From Erysipelotrichaceae bacterium (GTDB lineage: Bacteria > Bacillota_I > Bacilli_A > ML615J-28 > CAG-313): a stretch of DNA of 64,000 nt. Every line of letters begins with the position of its first letter. Position 1 is the stretch's first letter. The stretch spans positions 21,022 to 85,021 of the forward strand of contig SVBG01000008.1 in assembly GCA_015059015.1 (NCBI GenBank), written 5' to 3'. Shown here one piece after another: positions 49,767-60,620 of this stretch. A model generated the notes under the pieces. That model searched no databases. It was not told the DNA's origin and worked only from the letters and a program-made list of their open reading frames with translations. The position numbers and the translations under genes were made by a program.

Positions 49767-51896
49767 ATGAATTTAGTAATAGTGGAATCACCAGCTAAGT
49801 GTAAGACAATTGGAAACTATTTAGGTAGTGATTATGTTGTTGAATCTAGTATTGGTCATATTCGAGATTTAAGTATAAAAGGTAAGGGTGGATTTGGTGT
49901 AGATATTAATAATAATTTTGCACCTGAATATGTAGTATTAAAAGATAAGGTTGATATTGTTGATAAGTTAAAAGATTTAGCAAGTAAAGCTGATCATATT
50001 TATCTTGCAACTGACCCCGATAGAGAAGGAGAAGCTATTAGTTGGCACTTAAGTGAAGTTTTAGAACAGCCTAAGAAACGTGTGTCACGTATTGTATTTA
50101 ATGAAATTACTAAGAGTGCGATTTTAAAAGCTATTGCGAATGACCGTGATATTGATATGAATCTTGTTCATTCTCAAGAAACACGTCGTATTTTAGATAG
50201 AATTATTGGTTTTAGATTGTCAAGTTTACTTCAACAAAAGATTGGTTCTAAGAGTGCTGGGCGTGTTCAAAGTGTTGCGTTAAAATTAGTAGTTGATCGT
50301 GAAAAAGAAATTGAAGCGTTTAATAGTGAGGAGTATTGGGATATTACTGCTTATTTATTAAAAGAAACTGCTAGTAATTCTTATCATCTTAAAGCTAAGT
50401 TAATTGGTTATCAAGGTGATAAGATTGAAGTTGCTAATGCTGAAGATGCTAAAAGAATTGTTGATTCTTTAGATGATAATTTTATTGTTAAAGATATTCA
50501 AAAGAAACGTCGTAATCGTTCGTCTAAACCTCCGTTCATTACATCAACTCTTCAACAAGATGCTGGTGTTAAGTTTAATTATAATGCAAAAAGAGTAATG
50601 GGTATTGCTCAAAAGTTATATGAAGGTATTGAACTTGCTGATGAACGTGTTGGTTTAATTACTTATATGAGAACTGACTCAATTCGTTTAAGTGATGAAT
50701 TTGTTGATTCTGCTAAAGAGTTTATTACTGAAAAATATGGTAAAGAATATTATAAAGGTGTTAAAAAATCTAGTACTAAAGCTAAGAATATTCAAGATGC
50801 ACATGAAGCTATTCGTCCTACTAGTATTAGAAGAACTCCTGAAAGTGTTAAAAAATATTTATCTCTTGAAGAATTTAAGATTTATTCGTTAATTTATAAT
50901 CGTGCACTTGCATCTTTAATGAGTGATGCTGTGTTAGAAGATACTAAAGTTGAAGTTGTAAATAATGATTATATTTTTGGCTTAAATGGTGAAATTACTA
51001 CTTATGATGGTTTCTTACGTGTTTATGAAGAAATGAGTATTGAAGCTAGTGATCCAGAAGCATTAGATGTTTTGCCAGATATGACTGTCGGAGAGATTTT
51101 AATTCGTGAGAATGTTGAAACTGAACAAAAGTTTACACTTCCTCCATATCGTTATTCTGAAGCAAGACTTATTAGAAAAATGGAAGAACTTGGAATTGGT
51201 CGTCCTTCTACTTATGCACTTACTATGGAAACTCTTCGTGCAAGAGCTTATGTTACAATGGAAAAGAAAGCTTTTGTTCCAACTAGTCAAGGTGTTTTAA
51301 CATCTGAACAATTAGAATTATTTTTTAGTTCAATTATTAATGTTAAATATACAGCTAAGATGGAAAGTGCTCTTGATGAAATTGCTGAAGGTAAACTTGT
51401 TTGGTATAAAGAAATTGGTGATTTCTATAATATGTTTGCACCTCTTATTGAAATCGCAAGAGATAATATGGTTAAGATTTATCCTAAAAAAACTGATGAG
51501 TTTTGTCCTGAGTGTGGATGCCCATTAGTGATTAGACGCGGTCCTTTCGGTGAATTTACGGCTTGTTCTGATTATCCTAGTTGTAAATATATTAAAAAGA
51601 CACCTAAACCTGAACCTGTCAAAACCGGAGTTATTTGTCCTGTTTGTGGTGAAGGTGAAATTGTAGAAAGAACAAGTGGTAGGGGTAGAAGTAAAGGTGC
51701 ATTATTCTATGCATGTGATCGCTATCCTAAGTGTCGTACAACATATTCTGGTATTCCAAATGGTGAAAAGTGTGAAGTATGTGGTGGTGTAATGATTACA
51801 ACTAGTGATGGCATAAGATGTGGCAATGAAAAGTGTAAGACTGTTATCGCACTTAAAAAAGCATTATTCGAAAAGAAAAATAATGATGAAAAGTAA
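49767..51896 (+). CDS. topA: DNA topoisomerase I
   Basis: IVESPAK, ATDPDREGE, SAGRVQS, ITYMRTDS, GIGRPSTY, Zn ribbons. Confidence 0.97.
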   Translation: MNLVIVESPAKCKTIGNYLGSDYVVESSIGHIRDLSIKGKGGFGVDINNNFAPEYVVLKDKVDIVDKLKDLASKADHIYLATDPDREGEAISWHLSEVLEQPKKRVSRIVFNEITKSAILKAIANDRDIDMNLVHSQETRRILDRIIGFRLSSLLQQKIGSKSAGRVQSVALKLVVDREKEIEAFNSEEYWDITAYLLKETASNSYHLKAKLIGYQGDKIEVANAEDAKRIVDSLDDNFIVKDIQKKRRNRSSKPPFITSTLQQDAGVKFNYNAKRVMGIAQKLYEGIELADERVGLITYMRTDSIRLSDEFVDSAKEFITEKYGKEYYKGVKKSSTKAKNIQDAHEAIRPTSIRRTPESVKKYLSLEEFKIYSLIYNRALASLMSDAVLEDTKVEVVNNDYIFGLNGEITTYDGFLRVYEEMSIEASDPEALDVLPDMTVGEILIRENVETEQKFTLPPYRYSEARLIRKMEELGIGRPSTYALTMETLRARAYVTMEKKAFVPTSQGVLTSEQLELFFSSIINVKYTAKMESALDEIAEGKLVWYKEIGDFYNMFAPLIEIARDNMVKIYPKKTDEFCPECGCPLVIRRGPFGEFTACSDYPSCKYIKKTPKPEPVKTGVICPVCGEGEIVERTSGRGRSKGALFYACDRYPKCRTTYSGIPNGEKCEVCGGVMITTSDGIRCGNEKCKTVIALKKALFEKKNNDEK

Positions 51897-51967
51897 AAAA
51901 ATGTAGAAAAAATAAAAAAACAAGTGTTTTTTCTTGCAATATGTATTTTATTGTGGTATATTGTTAG

Positions 51968-52066
51968 TGCAAATCACGAGAGTGATTTGTAACATATCCC
52001 CTATATTTTATGTGTGCGCACACATACCCTTCCTGACTAGTGGTCCCCCCCACTAGTCATTTTTTT
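51968..52066 (+). ncRNA. Candidate standalone small RNA (~98 nt)
   Basis: Own promoter TTGCAA-17-TATATT with TG (51934-51962), two hairpins, C-rich linkers, strong terminator 52034-52066. Confidence 0.65.
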
Positions 52067-52146
52067 ATGTTTTTATTCTCTTGAAAAAAAACATAAATTG
52101 TTGTATAATATATACTAAGTAAAAATATATAAATAAGAGGTTTAAT

Positions 52147-53121
52147 ATGGCTTTTGGATGGTTATTTGGAAGAAATAAAAAGAAAGATGAAAAAGCAAAA
52201 AAATATCAGTTAGGGATGAAAAAAACTAGAACTGGTTTTTTAGGCAAATTAAAAGCAGTATTATCGGGATATAGTCAAATTACTGAAGATTTATTTGATG
52301 ATTTAACTGATGTGTTTATTATGGCAGATATTGGTGTTGAAACAACACTTAATTTTATTGATGCATTAAGAGATGATCCACGTGTTGAAGAATGTGAAAG
52401 TGCAGAAGAATTACAACCTATTATTGTAGATAAAATGTTTGATCTATATTTAAAAGGGGAAATTGTTAATAATAACTTGAATATTCAAAAAGATGGGTTA
52501 AGTGTTTTTTTATTTGTAGGTGTAAATGGTGTTGGTAAAACAACTACAATTGCTAAAATTGCACATCGTTTAAAAAATGAAGGTAAAAAAGTTTTACTTG
52601 CTGCAGGTGATACATTTAGAGCTGGTGCAGTTGATCAATTAGAAGAATGGGCAAAACGTGTCAATGTTGATATTGTAATTAAAAAAGGAGCAACTGACCC
52701 TTCAAGTGTAATTTTTGATGCTGTAAAAAGAGCTAAAGAAGGTAATTATGATGTTCTTTTATGTGATACAGCAGGACGACTTCAAAATAAAGCTGGTCTC
52801 ATGGCTGAACTTGCAAAGATGAATAAAGTAATTGAACGTGAAATACCAGGTGCACCTCATGAAACATTACTTGTAATTGATGCAACAACTGGACAAAACG
52901 GTTTAAGTCAAGCTGAAGCATTTAATGAAGTAACAAATGTTACTGGTGTTATTTTAACTAAACTTGATGGAACATCTAAGGGTGGAATTGTTCTTGCTAT
53001 AAGAGATAAATATAATCTACCAATTAAGATGGTTGGTCTTGGTGAAAAGTTAGATGATTTAGAATATTTTGATTTAGAAGACTATATTATGGGTCTATTT
53101 GATGAGGAAGAAGATGAGTGA
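52147..53121 (+). CDS. ftsY: SRP receptor FtsY
   Basis: GVNGVGKTT, DTFRAGA, DTAGR, TKLDG. Confidence 0.97.
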   Translation: MAFGWLFGRNKKKDEKAKKYQLGMKKTRTGFLGKLKAVLSGYSQITEDLFDDLTDVFIMADIGVETTLNFIDALRDDPRVEECESAEELQPIIVDKMFDLYLKGEIVNNNLNIQKDGLSVFLFVGVNGVGKTTTIAKIAHRLKNEGKKVLLAAGDTFRAGAVDQLEEWAKRVNVDIVIKKGATDPSSVIFDAVKRAKEGNYDVLLCDTAGRLQNKAGLMAELAKMNKVIEREIPGAPHETLLVIDATTGQNGLSQAEAFNEVTNVTGVILTKLDGTSKGGIVLAIRDKYNLPIKMVGLGEKLDDLEYFDLEDYIMGLFDEEEDE

Positions 53122-53437
53122 GAATATTGATAAGAAAGCTTATTATGCGATTTTATTTGAATATTATAAAGAATTATTAACGGATAAACAAGTTGAAACA
53201 TTTATTTGTTATTATAATGAAGATTATAGTTTAGCTGAAATTGCGGAAGAGTTTAGTGTTAGTCGTAATGCTGTATGGGATACTCTTAAGAAAGTAGTAA
53301 GCTTATTAGAATATTATGAAGATAAGTTAAAACTTTATAGTAAAGATCAATTATTAAAAAATTACTTAGATGATTTAAAAAAACATGTCGATGCTGAAGG
53401 TAAAATTATAATTAAAAGCATTGAGGAAATGGAGTAG
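53114..53437 (+). CDS. ylxM: YlxM-family protein
   Basis: Y..LLT.KQ...Y..D.SL.EIAE...VSR.AV.D...L..YE.KL; lies between ftsY and ffh. Confidence 0.9.
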   Translation: MSENIDKKAYYAILFEYYKELLTDKQVETFICYYNEDYSLAEIAEEFSVSRNAVWDTLKKVVSLLEYYEDKLKLYSKDQLLKNYLDDLKKHVDAEGKIIIKSIEEME

Positions 53438-53440
53438 AGG

Positions 53441-54844
53441 ATGCCTTTAGAAACTTTATCTGATAAGTTACAGATGAGTTTAAGACGTCTTACAGGACGT
53501 GGTAAACTTAATGAAAAAGATATAGATGATGCAATGAGGGAGATTAGAGTAGCTTTACTTGAAGCTGACGTTAATTACCGTATTGTTAAAAAGTTTATTT
53601 CAGAAATTAAGGAAGAAGCACTTGGTGAAAGAGTTATGAAATCTCTTACTCCAGGGGATCAAGTTGTTAAAATTGTTTATGAACATTTAGTGGATTTAAT
53701 GGGAGAAGAAGCAGTTCCAATTAACTTAAAACCTGGTGGTTTAAGTGTTGTGTTAATGTGTGGTTTACAAGGTTCTGGTAAAACTACTCATGCTGCTAAA
53801 ATTGCTAATTATTTAAGAAAAAATAATAATTTAAGACCATTATTAATTGCAGCCGATGTATATCGTCCTGCTGCGATTAATCAACTTGTTCAACTTGGTA
53901 AACAACTTGATATTGAAGTGTTTGAACTTGGGACAATTGTCAAACCACAAGAAATTGTTAGAAAAGGGATTGCTTATGCAAAAGATACTAGTAAAAATCT
54001 AGTTATTATTGATACTGCTGGTCGTCTTCAAATTGATGAAATTTTAATGCAAGAACTTGTTGATATTAAAGATATTGCAAAACCAGATGAAATTTTATTA
54101 ACAATTGATGCGATGACAGGTCAAGATGCTGTTAATGTTGCTAGTAGTTTCCATGAAAAACTTGGTGTTACTGGTTGTTTGTTAACTAAACTTGATTCAG
54201 ATACTCGTGGGGGTGCGGCACTTTCAATTCGTTATATGACACAAATTCCAATTAAATTTATTGGTGTTGGTGAAAAATTAGATCAATTAGAAGTATTCCA
54301 TCCAGATCGTATGGCTAAACGTATTCTTGGTATGGGGGATGTAATTGGTTTAATTGAAAAAGCTACTGCTAATATTGATGAAGACGATGCTATGAAAATG
54401 GCTGAACGTTTACAAAAAGGAATTTTTACATATAATGATTTCTTAGATCAAATTAAGATGATTAAAAAAATGGGATCATTAAAAGGTATTCTCGGAATGA
54501 TTCCAGGACTTGGATCTAAGTTAAAAGGTATAGATATTGATGATAAACAGTTTATGTATATTGAAGTTGCAATTGGTTCAATGACTAAAGAGGAAAGAAA
54601 AAATCCTGACCTTATTGCAACAAGCTATTCTAGAAAAATGCGTATTGCAAAAGGTTCTGGACGTCCTTATCAAGAAATTAATAACTTGACTAAACGTTTT
54701 GCGGAAATGAAAAAACAAATGCTTGCATTTGCTGGAATGAGTGAAGAAGATATGGAACGTGCTGCACGTAGAGGTGGTGTTCCAATGAAAGCTCCTAAAG
54801 CTAAAAAAGGAAAGGGAAAAAATAAAGGAGGTTTCCGTTTCTAG
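53441..54844 (+). CDS. ffh: Signal recognition particle protein
   Basis: GLQGSGKTT, DTAGR, TKLD, FHPDRMA.RILGMGD. Confidence 0.97.
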   Translation: MPLETLSDKLQMSLRRLTGRGKLNEKDIDDAMREIRVALLEADVNYRIVKKFISEIKEEALGERVMKSLTPGDQVVKIVYEHLVDLMGEEAVPINLKPGGLSVVLMCGLQGSGKTTHAAKIANYLRKNNNLRPLLIAADVYRPAAINQLVQLGKQLDIEVFELGTIVKPQEIVRKGIAYAKDTSKNLVIIDTAGRLQIDEILMQELVDIKDIAKPDEILLTIDAMTGQDAVNVASSFHEKLGVTGCLLTKLDSDTRGGAALSIRYMTQIPIKFIGVGEKLDQLEVFHPDRMAKRILGMGDVIGLIEKATANIDEDDAMKMAERLQKGIFTYNDFLDQIKMIKKMGSLKGILGMIPGLGSKLKGIDIDDKQFMYIEVAIGSMTKEERKNPDLIATSYSRKMRIAKGSGRPYQEINNLTKRFAEMKKQMLAFAGMSEEDMERAARRGGVPMKAPKAKKGKGKNKGGFRF

Positions 54845-54862
54845 GAAACCTCTTATTTTTTT
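54828..54862 (+). terminator. Terminator at the end of ffh
   Basis: gaggtttcc...ggaaacctc plus T-rich tail. Confidence 0.7.
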
Positions 54863-54890
54863 AAAATAAAGTTTTTGAAAATACAGCTTT

Positions 54891-55454
54891 TTATGAACGT
54901 AACATTTTAAGAGCCATTTTTACTGCATCTGATAGTGTAGTATCATGTTCTAATTTAAGGCGTTTTAAGATATTTTTAATTTCAGTTGCGTTATATCCAA
55001 GTGATTTAAGTGCAAGACCTACTTGCTCAATTCTTTCATCTTGAACAGTTGATTCTTCTTCAAAATTAAGTTTCCCTTTTAAATCTAGAATGATTTGTTG
55101 ACTTAGTTTTTGACCTATTCCAGGGAATTTAATGAAAAATTTATGGTCAGCATTTTTAGTAGCAGTAAAAATATCTTGTGGTGATGCGCTTGCTAGAATG
55201 GCTAATGCACCTTTTGGTCCTAGCCCTTTAACACTGATTAGTTTTTCAAATGTTTCTTTTTCCAAACTAGTTGCAAAACCATAAAGTTCAATTGCATCTT
55301 CACGAACATGGTGATAGATGTATATTATAGTATTTGAATTTATAGTAAACGAATAAGGGTTTGGCACTTTCACGAAATAACCAATACCATAGGCTTCTAT
55401 TGTTATATTAGTTGCTTTAATTTCTGTGATTTCCCCTTTAATGTAACTATACAT
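54891..55454 (-). CDS. ruvA: Holliday junction branch migration protein RuvA
   Basis: MY.YIKG, VRED...LYGF, L.SV.G.GPK.AL, PGIG.K, L.SLGY. Confidence 0.93.
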   Translation of the reverse strand: MYSYIKGEITEIKATNITIEAYGIGYFVKVPNPYSFTINSNTIIYIYHHVREDAIELYGFATSLEKETFEKLISVKGLGPKGALAILASASPQDIFTATKNADHKFFIKFPGIGQKLSQQIILDLKGKLNFEEESTVQDERIEQVGLALKSLGYNATEIKNILKRLKLEHDTTLSDAVKMALKMLRS

Positions 55455-55542
55455 ATTGTGCCTCCTAAATAATTTATTAATATGATTATATCATAATTTA
55501 TTTGATTATTCAACTAAAAAAAGTAAAAGAAAGGAGTCTTTC

Positions 55543-56541
55543 ATGAGTAATATTGTAGATAAAAAAATGATTGAAGGTGATGAAATTGAATCATCACTTA
55601 GACCACTTAAACTTGTTGAATATGTTGGTCAATCTGAAATAAAAGAAATGTTAAAGATTTATATTACTACTGCTAGATTGCGTGAAGAGCCACTTGATCA
55701 TGTTTTGTTATTTGGTCCTCCAGGACTTGGTAAAACTACACTTGCACATATTATTGCAAATGAAATGGGAAGTGGTATTAAGGTTACAACTGGACCGGCA
55801 TTAACTCGTCCTGGGGATCTTGCAGCAATATTAAATGAACTTGAACCTGGTGATATATTATTTATTGATGAAATTCATAGACTTCCTAAAGTTATGGAAG
55901 AAATGTTATATTCCGCAATGGAAGACTTTGTTATTGATATAGTAATGGGAAAAGATTCAGGAGCATCAACTCTTCGTATGAACTTGCCACCTTTTACTTT
56001 AGTTGGTGCAACAACACGTTTTGGTGATTTAACTGCTCCGATGCGTGATCGTTTTGGTATTATTCATGCTCTTCATTATTATGATTCTAGTGAACTATCT
56101 ACTATTATTAAAAGAACATCTAGAATTTTAGATTATCCTATTAATGATGATGCAACATTAGAACTTGCTAAAAGAAGTAGAGGAACTCCTCGTATTGCTA
56201 ATAGATTATTTAGAAGAATTCGTGATTTTGCCCAATATGAAAATAAAGATATTATCGATAAAAGTGTTACTACTTATGCCCTTGATAAGTTAAATATTGA
56301 TTCAGCTGGTCTTGATATTACTGACAGAAAGTATTTGGAGGGCTTAATTAATCGATTTAAGGGTGGACCAGTTGGATTAGAAGCTCTTGCTGCATCTATT
56401 TCTGAAGAAACTGTTACTCTTGAAGATGTGAATGAACCATATCTATTACAAGAAGGTTTTATTATAAGAACTCATAGAGGTCGTGTTGCAACTGATAAAG
56501 CATACCAACATTTAGGTATTAACCGAGGAGGTTTATTTTGA
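55543..56541 (+). CDS. ruvB: Holliday junction helicase RuvB
   Basis: [33 protein letters not shown]. Confidence 0.97.
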   Translation: MSNIVDKKMIEGDEIESSLRPLKLVEYVGQSEIKEMLKIYITTARLREEPLDHVLLFGPPGLGKTTLAHIIANEMGSGIKVTTGPALTRPGDLAAILNELEPGDILFIDEIHRLPKVMEEMLYSAMEDFVIDIVMGKDSGASTLRMNLPPFTLVGATTRFGDLTAPMRDRFGIIHALHYYDSSELSTIIKRTSRILDYPINDDATLELAKRSRGTPRIANRLFRRIRDFAQYENKDIIDKSVTTYALDKLNIDSAGLDITDRKYLEGLINRFKGGPVGLEALAASISEETVTLEDVNEPYLLQEGFIIRTHRGRVATDKAYQHLGINRGGLF

Positions 56542-57563
56542 AAGTAGAAGATTTTAATTATGATTTACCAGAGGAGTTAATTGCTCAAACTCCACTTAAA
56601 GATAGAACGTCTTCAAGACTTTTAGTATTAGATAGAAAAACTGGTGATATTAGTCATGTTAAGTTTGCAAATATCATTGATTATTTAGATGAAACTGATG
56701 TTTTAGTGTTAAATGATACTAAAGTGTTACCTTCTAGGATTTATGGAAATAAAGTTGATACTAATGCTTATATTGAGTTATTATTATTAAAAGAAAAAAG
56801 TGAAAATATATGGGAAGCTCTTGTTAGACCTGCAAGAAGAGTTCATGTTGGAACGATGGTTAGTTTTAATAATGGAGAGTTAAAAGCAGAATGTATAAGC
56901 GAAGGCGTTGATGGAATGCGTGAATTTAAAATGATTTATGATGGGATTTTTTTGGAAATTCTTGAAAATATTGGAACAATGCCACTTCCACCTTATATTC
57001 ACGAAAAGTTAGAAGATGGAAATCGTTATCAAACGGTTTATGCAAAAGAATATGGTAGTGCTGCTGCACCTACTGCTGGGCTTCATTTTACGAAAGAATT
57101 ATTGCAAAAGATTAAAGATAAAGGCATACAAATAGAATATGTAACTTTAAATGTTGGACTTGGTACATTCAGACCTGTATCGGTTGATAAAATTGAAGAT
57201 CATCATATGCATACAGAAAAATATCGTATGACTAAAGATGTTGCTGATAGATTAAATGAAGCTAAAAAACTTGGTAAACGTATTATTTCAGTTGGAACTA
57301 CAAGTACTAGAACGTTAGAAAGTATTTATTCAAAATATGGTGAATTTAGAGAATGCTATGAAGATACAAATATCTTTATTTATCCAGGATATGAGTGGAA
57401 AGCTGTTAATGCGTTAATTACTAATTTTCACTTACCTAAATCTACTTTAATAATGTTAGTGTCAAGTTTAGCAGGAATTGATAATATTATGCATGCTTAT
57501 AATGTTGCTGTAGAGGAAAAATATCGTTTCTTTAGCTTTGGTGATGCAATGTTTATTAAATAG
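56538..57563 (+). CDS. queA: S-adenosylmethionine:tRNA ribosyltransferase-isomerase
   Basis: [40 protein letters not shown]. Confidence 0.97.
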   Translation: MKVEDFNYDLPEELIAQTPLKDRTSSRLLVLDRKTGDISHVKFANIIDYLDETDVLVLNDTKVLPSRIYGNKVDTNAYIELLLLKEKSENIWEALVRPARRVHVGTMVSFNNGELKAECISEGVDGMREFKMIYDGIFLEILENIGTMPLPPYIHEKLEDGNRYQTVYAKEYGSAAAPTAGLHFTKELLQKIKDKGIQIEYVTLNVGLGTFRPVSVDKIEDHHMHTEKYRMTKDVADRLNEAKKLGKRIISVGTTSTRTLESIYSKYGEFRECYEDTNIFIYPGYEWKAVNALITNFHLPKSTLIMLVSSLAGIDNIMHAYNVAVEEKYRFFSFGDAMFIK

Positions 57564-57653
57564 CTTATACGAATTATTTGCAAATATTTTAAAAATTTGT
57601 TATAATAAGAATATGAATTATTTGATTTTTAAAATCATTAAGGAGAAATAAAA

Positions 57654-58619
57654 ATGAGATTATATAATGATGTAGAAGAAACTAGTAAAGTAATAGTTGT
57701 AGAAGATTATTCAACTTTTAAAGGTTTATTAAAATGTAAATATTTGTACTATTTATTAATAGCTTATACAGCATATGCTGTTATTAATGCTGCTTTATCA
57801 TTTATTGAAGGTAGTTATTTAATGGCAATTATTAATATTTTAGTCCATGGTTCTATTTGTGCAAGCTTATGGGTATTTAGAAAAGCAAATGCTGAAAATA
57901 ATGATGAAAAACTAAATTTAAAAGGTTCTAAATTATATTTAATCGCACATGCTATTAAATATTTAATCGTATTTATTTTCTTAGTGTTAGGGTTAATTTT
58001 TATAATTTTCTCATGGACTGAGGCTGGTAATGTTGCAAAACAAGAATTAGTTAAAGCACAATCTCAAACTTCATCTGAGGCCATTGCTCTTGCTAAAGCT
58101 GCTAGAGCAAAAGTGTTCTGGAGTTATTTAGGATATGTAGTTCTTTATATTGCATTTACTGTGTTTACATTAGTTTATTATAAAGCGGTTATGGCACCTG
58201 TTGATGCATTTGCAAAATATAATGAAAAAGGAACTCATTTTTGGAATGAACTTAAATTTTTAGCTATTATTTTATTTGTTACTGCATTCTTAAACGTTGT
58301 TCTTGGTTTATTTGGTGCACTTGGCATACTTGATAAACTATGTGAAATGATGATTAATAATGGTGTTAATACTGTTTCAATGGCTACTGGCGGTTTAGGA
58401 TGGTTTGCGTTTATTTCAAGAGTATTATTTGCAGCTATTTGTGTATGTTTAGGTTTATTACTATTAAAAGGATATAAGGTTTTAGAAACTACTGAAACTT
58501 CTCATGAGGAAGTTGTTGAATTAGAAGAAGAAACAACTGCACCTAATGAAGTAGATGATGAACAAAGTCCTGAACAACCTGAAGACGTTGTTGATGAAGT
58601 TGTAGAACAAGTTCAATAA
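57654..58619 (+). CDS. Membrane protein with acidic tail
   Basis: About six TM segments; AAGGAG RBS; terminator at 58628-58657. Confidence 0.75.
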   Translation: MRLYNDVEETSKVIVVEDYSTFKGLLKCKYLYYLLIAYTAYAVINAALSFIEGSYLMAIINILVHGSICASLWVFRKANAENNDEKLNLKGSKLYLIAHAIKYLIVFIFLVLGLIFIIFSWTEAGNVAKQELVKAQSQTSSEAIALAKAARAKVFWSYLGYVVLYIAFTVFTLVYYKAVMAPVDAFAKYNEKGTHFWNELKFLAIILFVTAFLNVVLGLFGALGILDKLCEMMINNGVNTVSMATGGLGWFAFISRVLFAAICVCLGLLLLKGYKVLETTETSHEEVVELEEETTAPNEVDDEQSPEQPEDVVDEVVEQVQ

Positions 58620-58786
58620 AAAATTAAGAGTTTATACTTTTGTATAAACTTTTTTTTGTTTATTTATAGGAAAAAATCAAAAAGTAAAAAAAGAAATTTA
58701 TATGTGTTTATAATTTTTCTTTTTGAAAACTTTGCAATAATTTTAATTATATGGTATAATAAATAATGGAATGGAGGGTAAAATTT

Positions 58787-60619
58787 ATGAATGATTTGGC
58801 TCTATATTACTTTCATCAGGGGACTACTATAAAAGCTTATGAATTACTTGGAGCTCACTACACTAAAAAAGAAACAAGATTTTGTGTTTGGGCGCCTAAT
58901 GCTGTAAGCGTTAGTGTAGTTGGGGAGTTTAATGACTGGGATGTTAACAAAAACCAAATGTGTAAAATTACAAATGAAGGTTTATACGAAACTACAATTA
59001 AAAATGTTAAAGAGTTTGATTGTTATCAATATGCCATAAAAACAAAAAAGGGGAATATAATTTATAAGAGTGATCCGTATGCTTATCATAGTGAACTTAG
59101 ACCTTATAAAGCATCTAAAGTTTATGATTTAGGTGGATATAAGTTTAATGATGAAGAGTGGATGAAAAATAGACATGTTAATCAAGGTTATAACAAACCA
59201 CTTAATATTTATGAAGTACATCTTGGTTCTTGGAAAAGATATAAAGATGGAAATGTATTTAATTATGCAAGTATAGCAGAAGAACTTGCGTTATATGCAA
59301 AAGAAATGGGATATACTCATGTAGAAGTTATGCCTATTTCTGAATTTCCCTATGATCCATCGTGGGGTTATCAAGTTACTGGATATTATTCTGTTACTGC
59401 TAGATATGGAACACCAAAAGACTTTATGAAGTTTGTTGATATTATGCATCAACATGGAGTTGGTGTAATACTTGACTGGGTACCAGGACATTTTACAAAG
59501 GATAGCCATGGTTTAATTGAATTTGATGGAGAGTGTTTATATGAACCATCAAATCCGTTTAAAAAAGAAAATCCTTCTTGGGGAACAAGACATTTTGATT
59601 ATGGAAGATGTGAAATTCAAAGTTTTTTAGTTTCTAATGCTGTTTATTGGTGCGATAAATATCATATTGATGGCCTTAGAACTGATGCGGTGTCATCAAT
59701 GTTATATTTAGATTACTGTCGTAAGGATGGTGAGTGGGAGAAAAATAGTTTTGGTACTAATATTAATTTAGAAGCTGTTGCATTTATTAAGAAGTTTAAT
59801 GATTCTTTAAAGAAGTTTGATTCTTCTATTTTATCAATTGCGGAAGAATCAACGGCATTTCCTAAAATTACAGTACCAACACAGTATGATGGACTTGGAT
59901 TTGATTATAAATGGAATATGGGTTGGATGAATGATACATTAAGATACTTAAAATTAGATCCATATTTTAGAGGAGACAATAGTAATTTAATCACATTCCA
60001 ACTGACTTATATTTTTAGTGAACGTTATATTTTAGCTTTATCACATGACGAAGTAGTTCATCTGAAAAAAGCTATGATCGATAAAGTTCCAGGGCAATAT
60101 GATCAAAAGTTTGCAGGGTTAAAAGCTTATTTTACTTATATGATGACTCATCCTGGTAAAAAACTAAATTTTATGGGTAATGAAATAGGTCAATTTAGAG
60201 AATGGGATGAAAATAGAGAATTAGATTGGAGCGTTCTACAATATGAACGTCACCAAACTTTACAAAATTATATTAAGGTTTTACAACAACTATATCTAAA
60301 TCATTCATCTTTATATGATGATACGAGATATTGGGATGGGTTTGAATGGGTAGTTGTTAATGATAATGAACACAGTGTATTTGCGTACAAGAGAAAATCA
60401 CAGGATGAAACACTTTTAGTTATCTTAAACTTTGCATATAATGAATGGATTAATTATACATTTGATGTTGAAAATGGTGATTATGAAGTTATATTATGCA
60501 GTGAGGATCTTAAGTATTCTGGTTCTAAAAATTTAGAAGGGAAGACTTATCATTCGGATGGTAAACTTACAATAGATTTACCATATAATTCGGGAATTAT
60601 TTTAAGAAAGGGAAGATAA
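58787..60619 (+). CDS. glgB: 1,4-alpha-glucan branching enzyme
   Basis: [37 protein letters not shown]. Confidence 0.97.
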   Translation: MNDLALYYFHQGTTIKAYELLGAHYTKKETRFCVWAPNAVSVSVVGEFNDWDVNKNQMCKITNEGLYETTIKNVKEFDCYQYAIKTKKGNIIYKSDPYAYHSELRPYKASKVYDLGGYKFNDEEWMKNRHVNQGYNKPLNIYEVHLGSWKRYKDGNVFNYASIAEELALYAKEMGYTHVEVMPISEFPYDPSWGYQVTGYYSVTARYGTPKDFMKFVDIMHQHGVGVILDWVPGHFTKDSHGLIEFDGECLYEPSNPFKKENPSWGTRHFDYGRCEIQSFLVSNAVYWCDKYHIDGLRTDAVSSMLYLDYCRKDGEWEKNSFGTNINLEAVAFIKKFNDSLKKFDSSILSIAEESTAFPKITVPTQYDGLGFDYKWNMGWMNDTLRYLKLDPYFRGDNSNLITFQLTYIFSERYILALSHDEVVHLKKAMIDKVPGQYDQKFAGLKAYFTYMMTHPGKKLNFMGNEIGQFREWDENRELDWSVLQYERHQTLQNYIKVLQQLYLNHSSLYDDTRYWDGFEWVVVNDNEHSVFAYKRKSQDETLLVILNFAYNEWINYTFDVENGDYEVILCSEDLKYSGSKNLEGKTYHSDGKLTIDLPYNSGIILRKGR

Positions 60620-60620
60620 T

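Noticed and set aside
18068-51896. Two type IA topoisomerases as a sign of a conjugative element
   Set aside because: topA plus chromosomal topB is ordinary, and no transfer, relaxase or integrase genes are present.
51968-52066. SRP 4.5S RNA or tRNA
   Set aside because: No helix-8 CAGG/GNRA/AGCAG motif and no cloverleaf.
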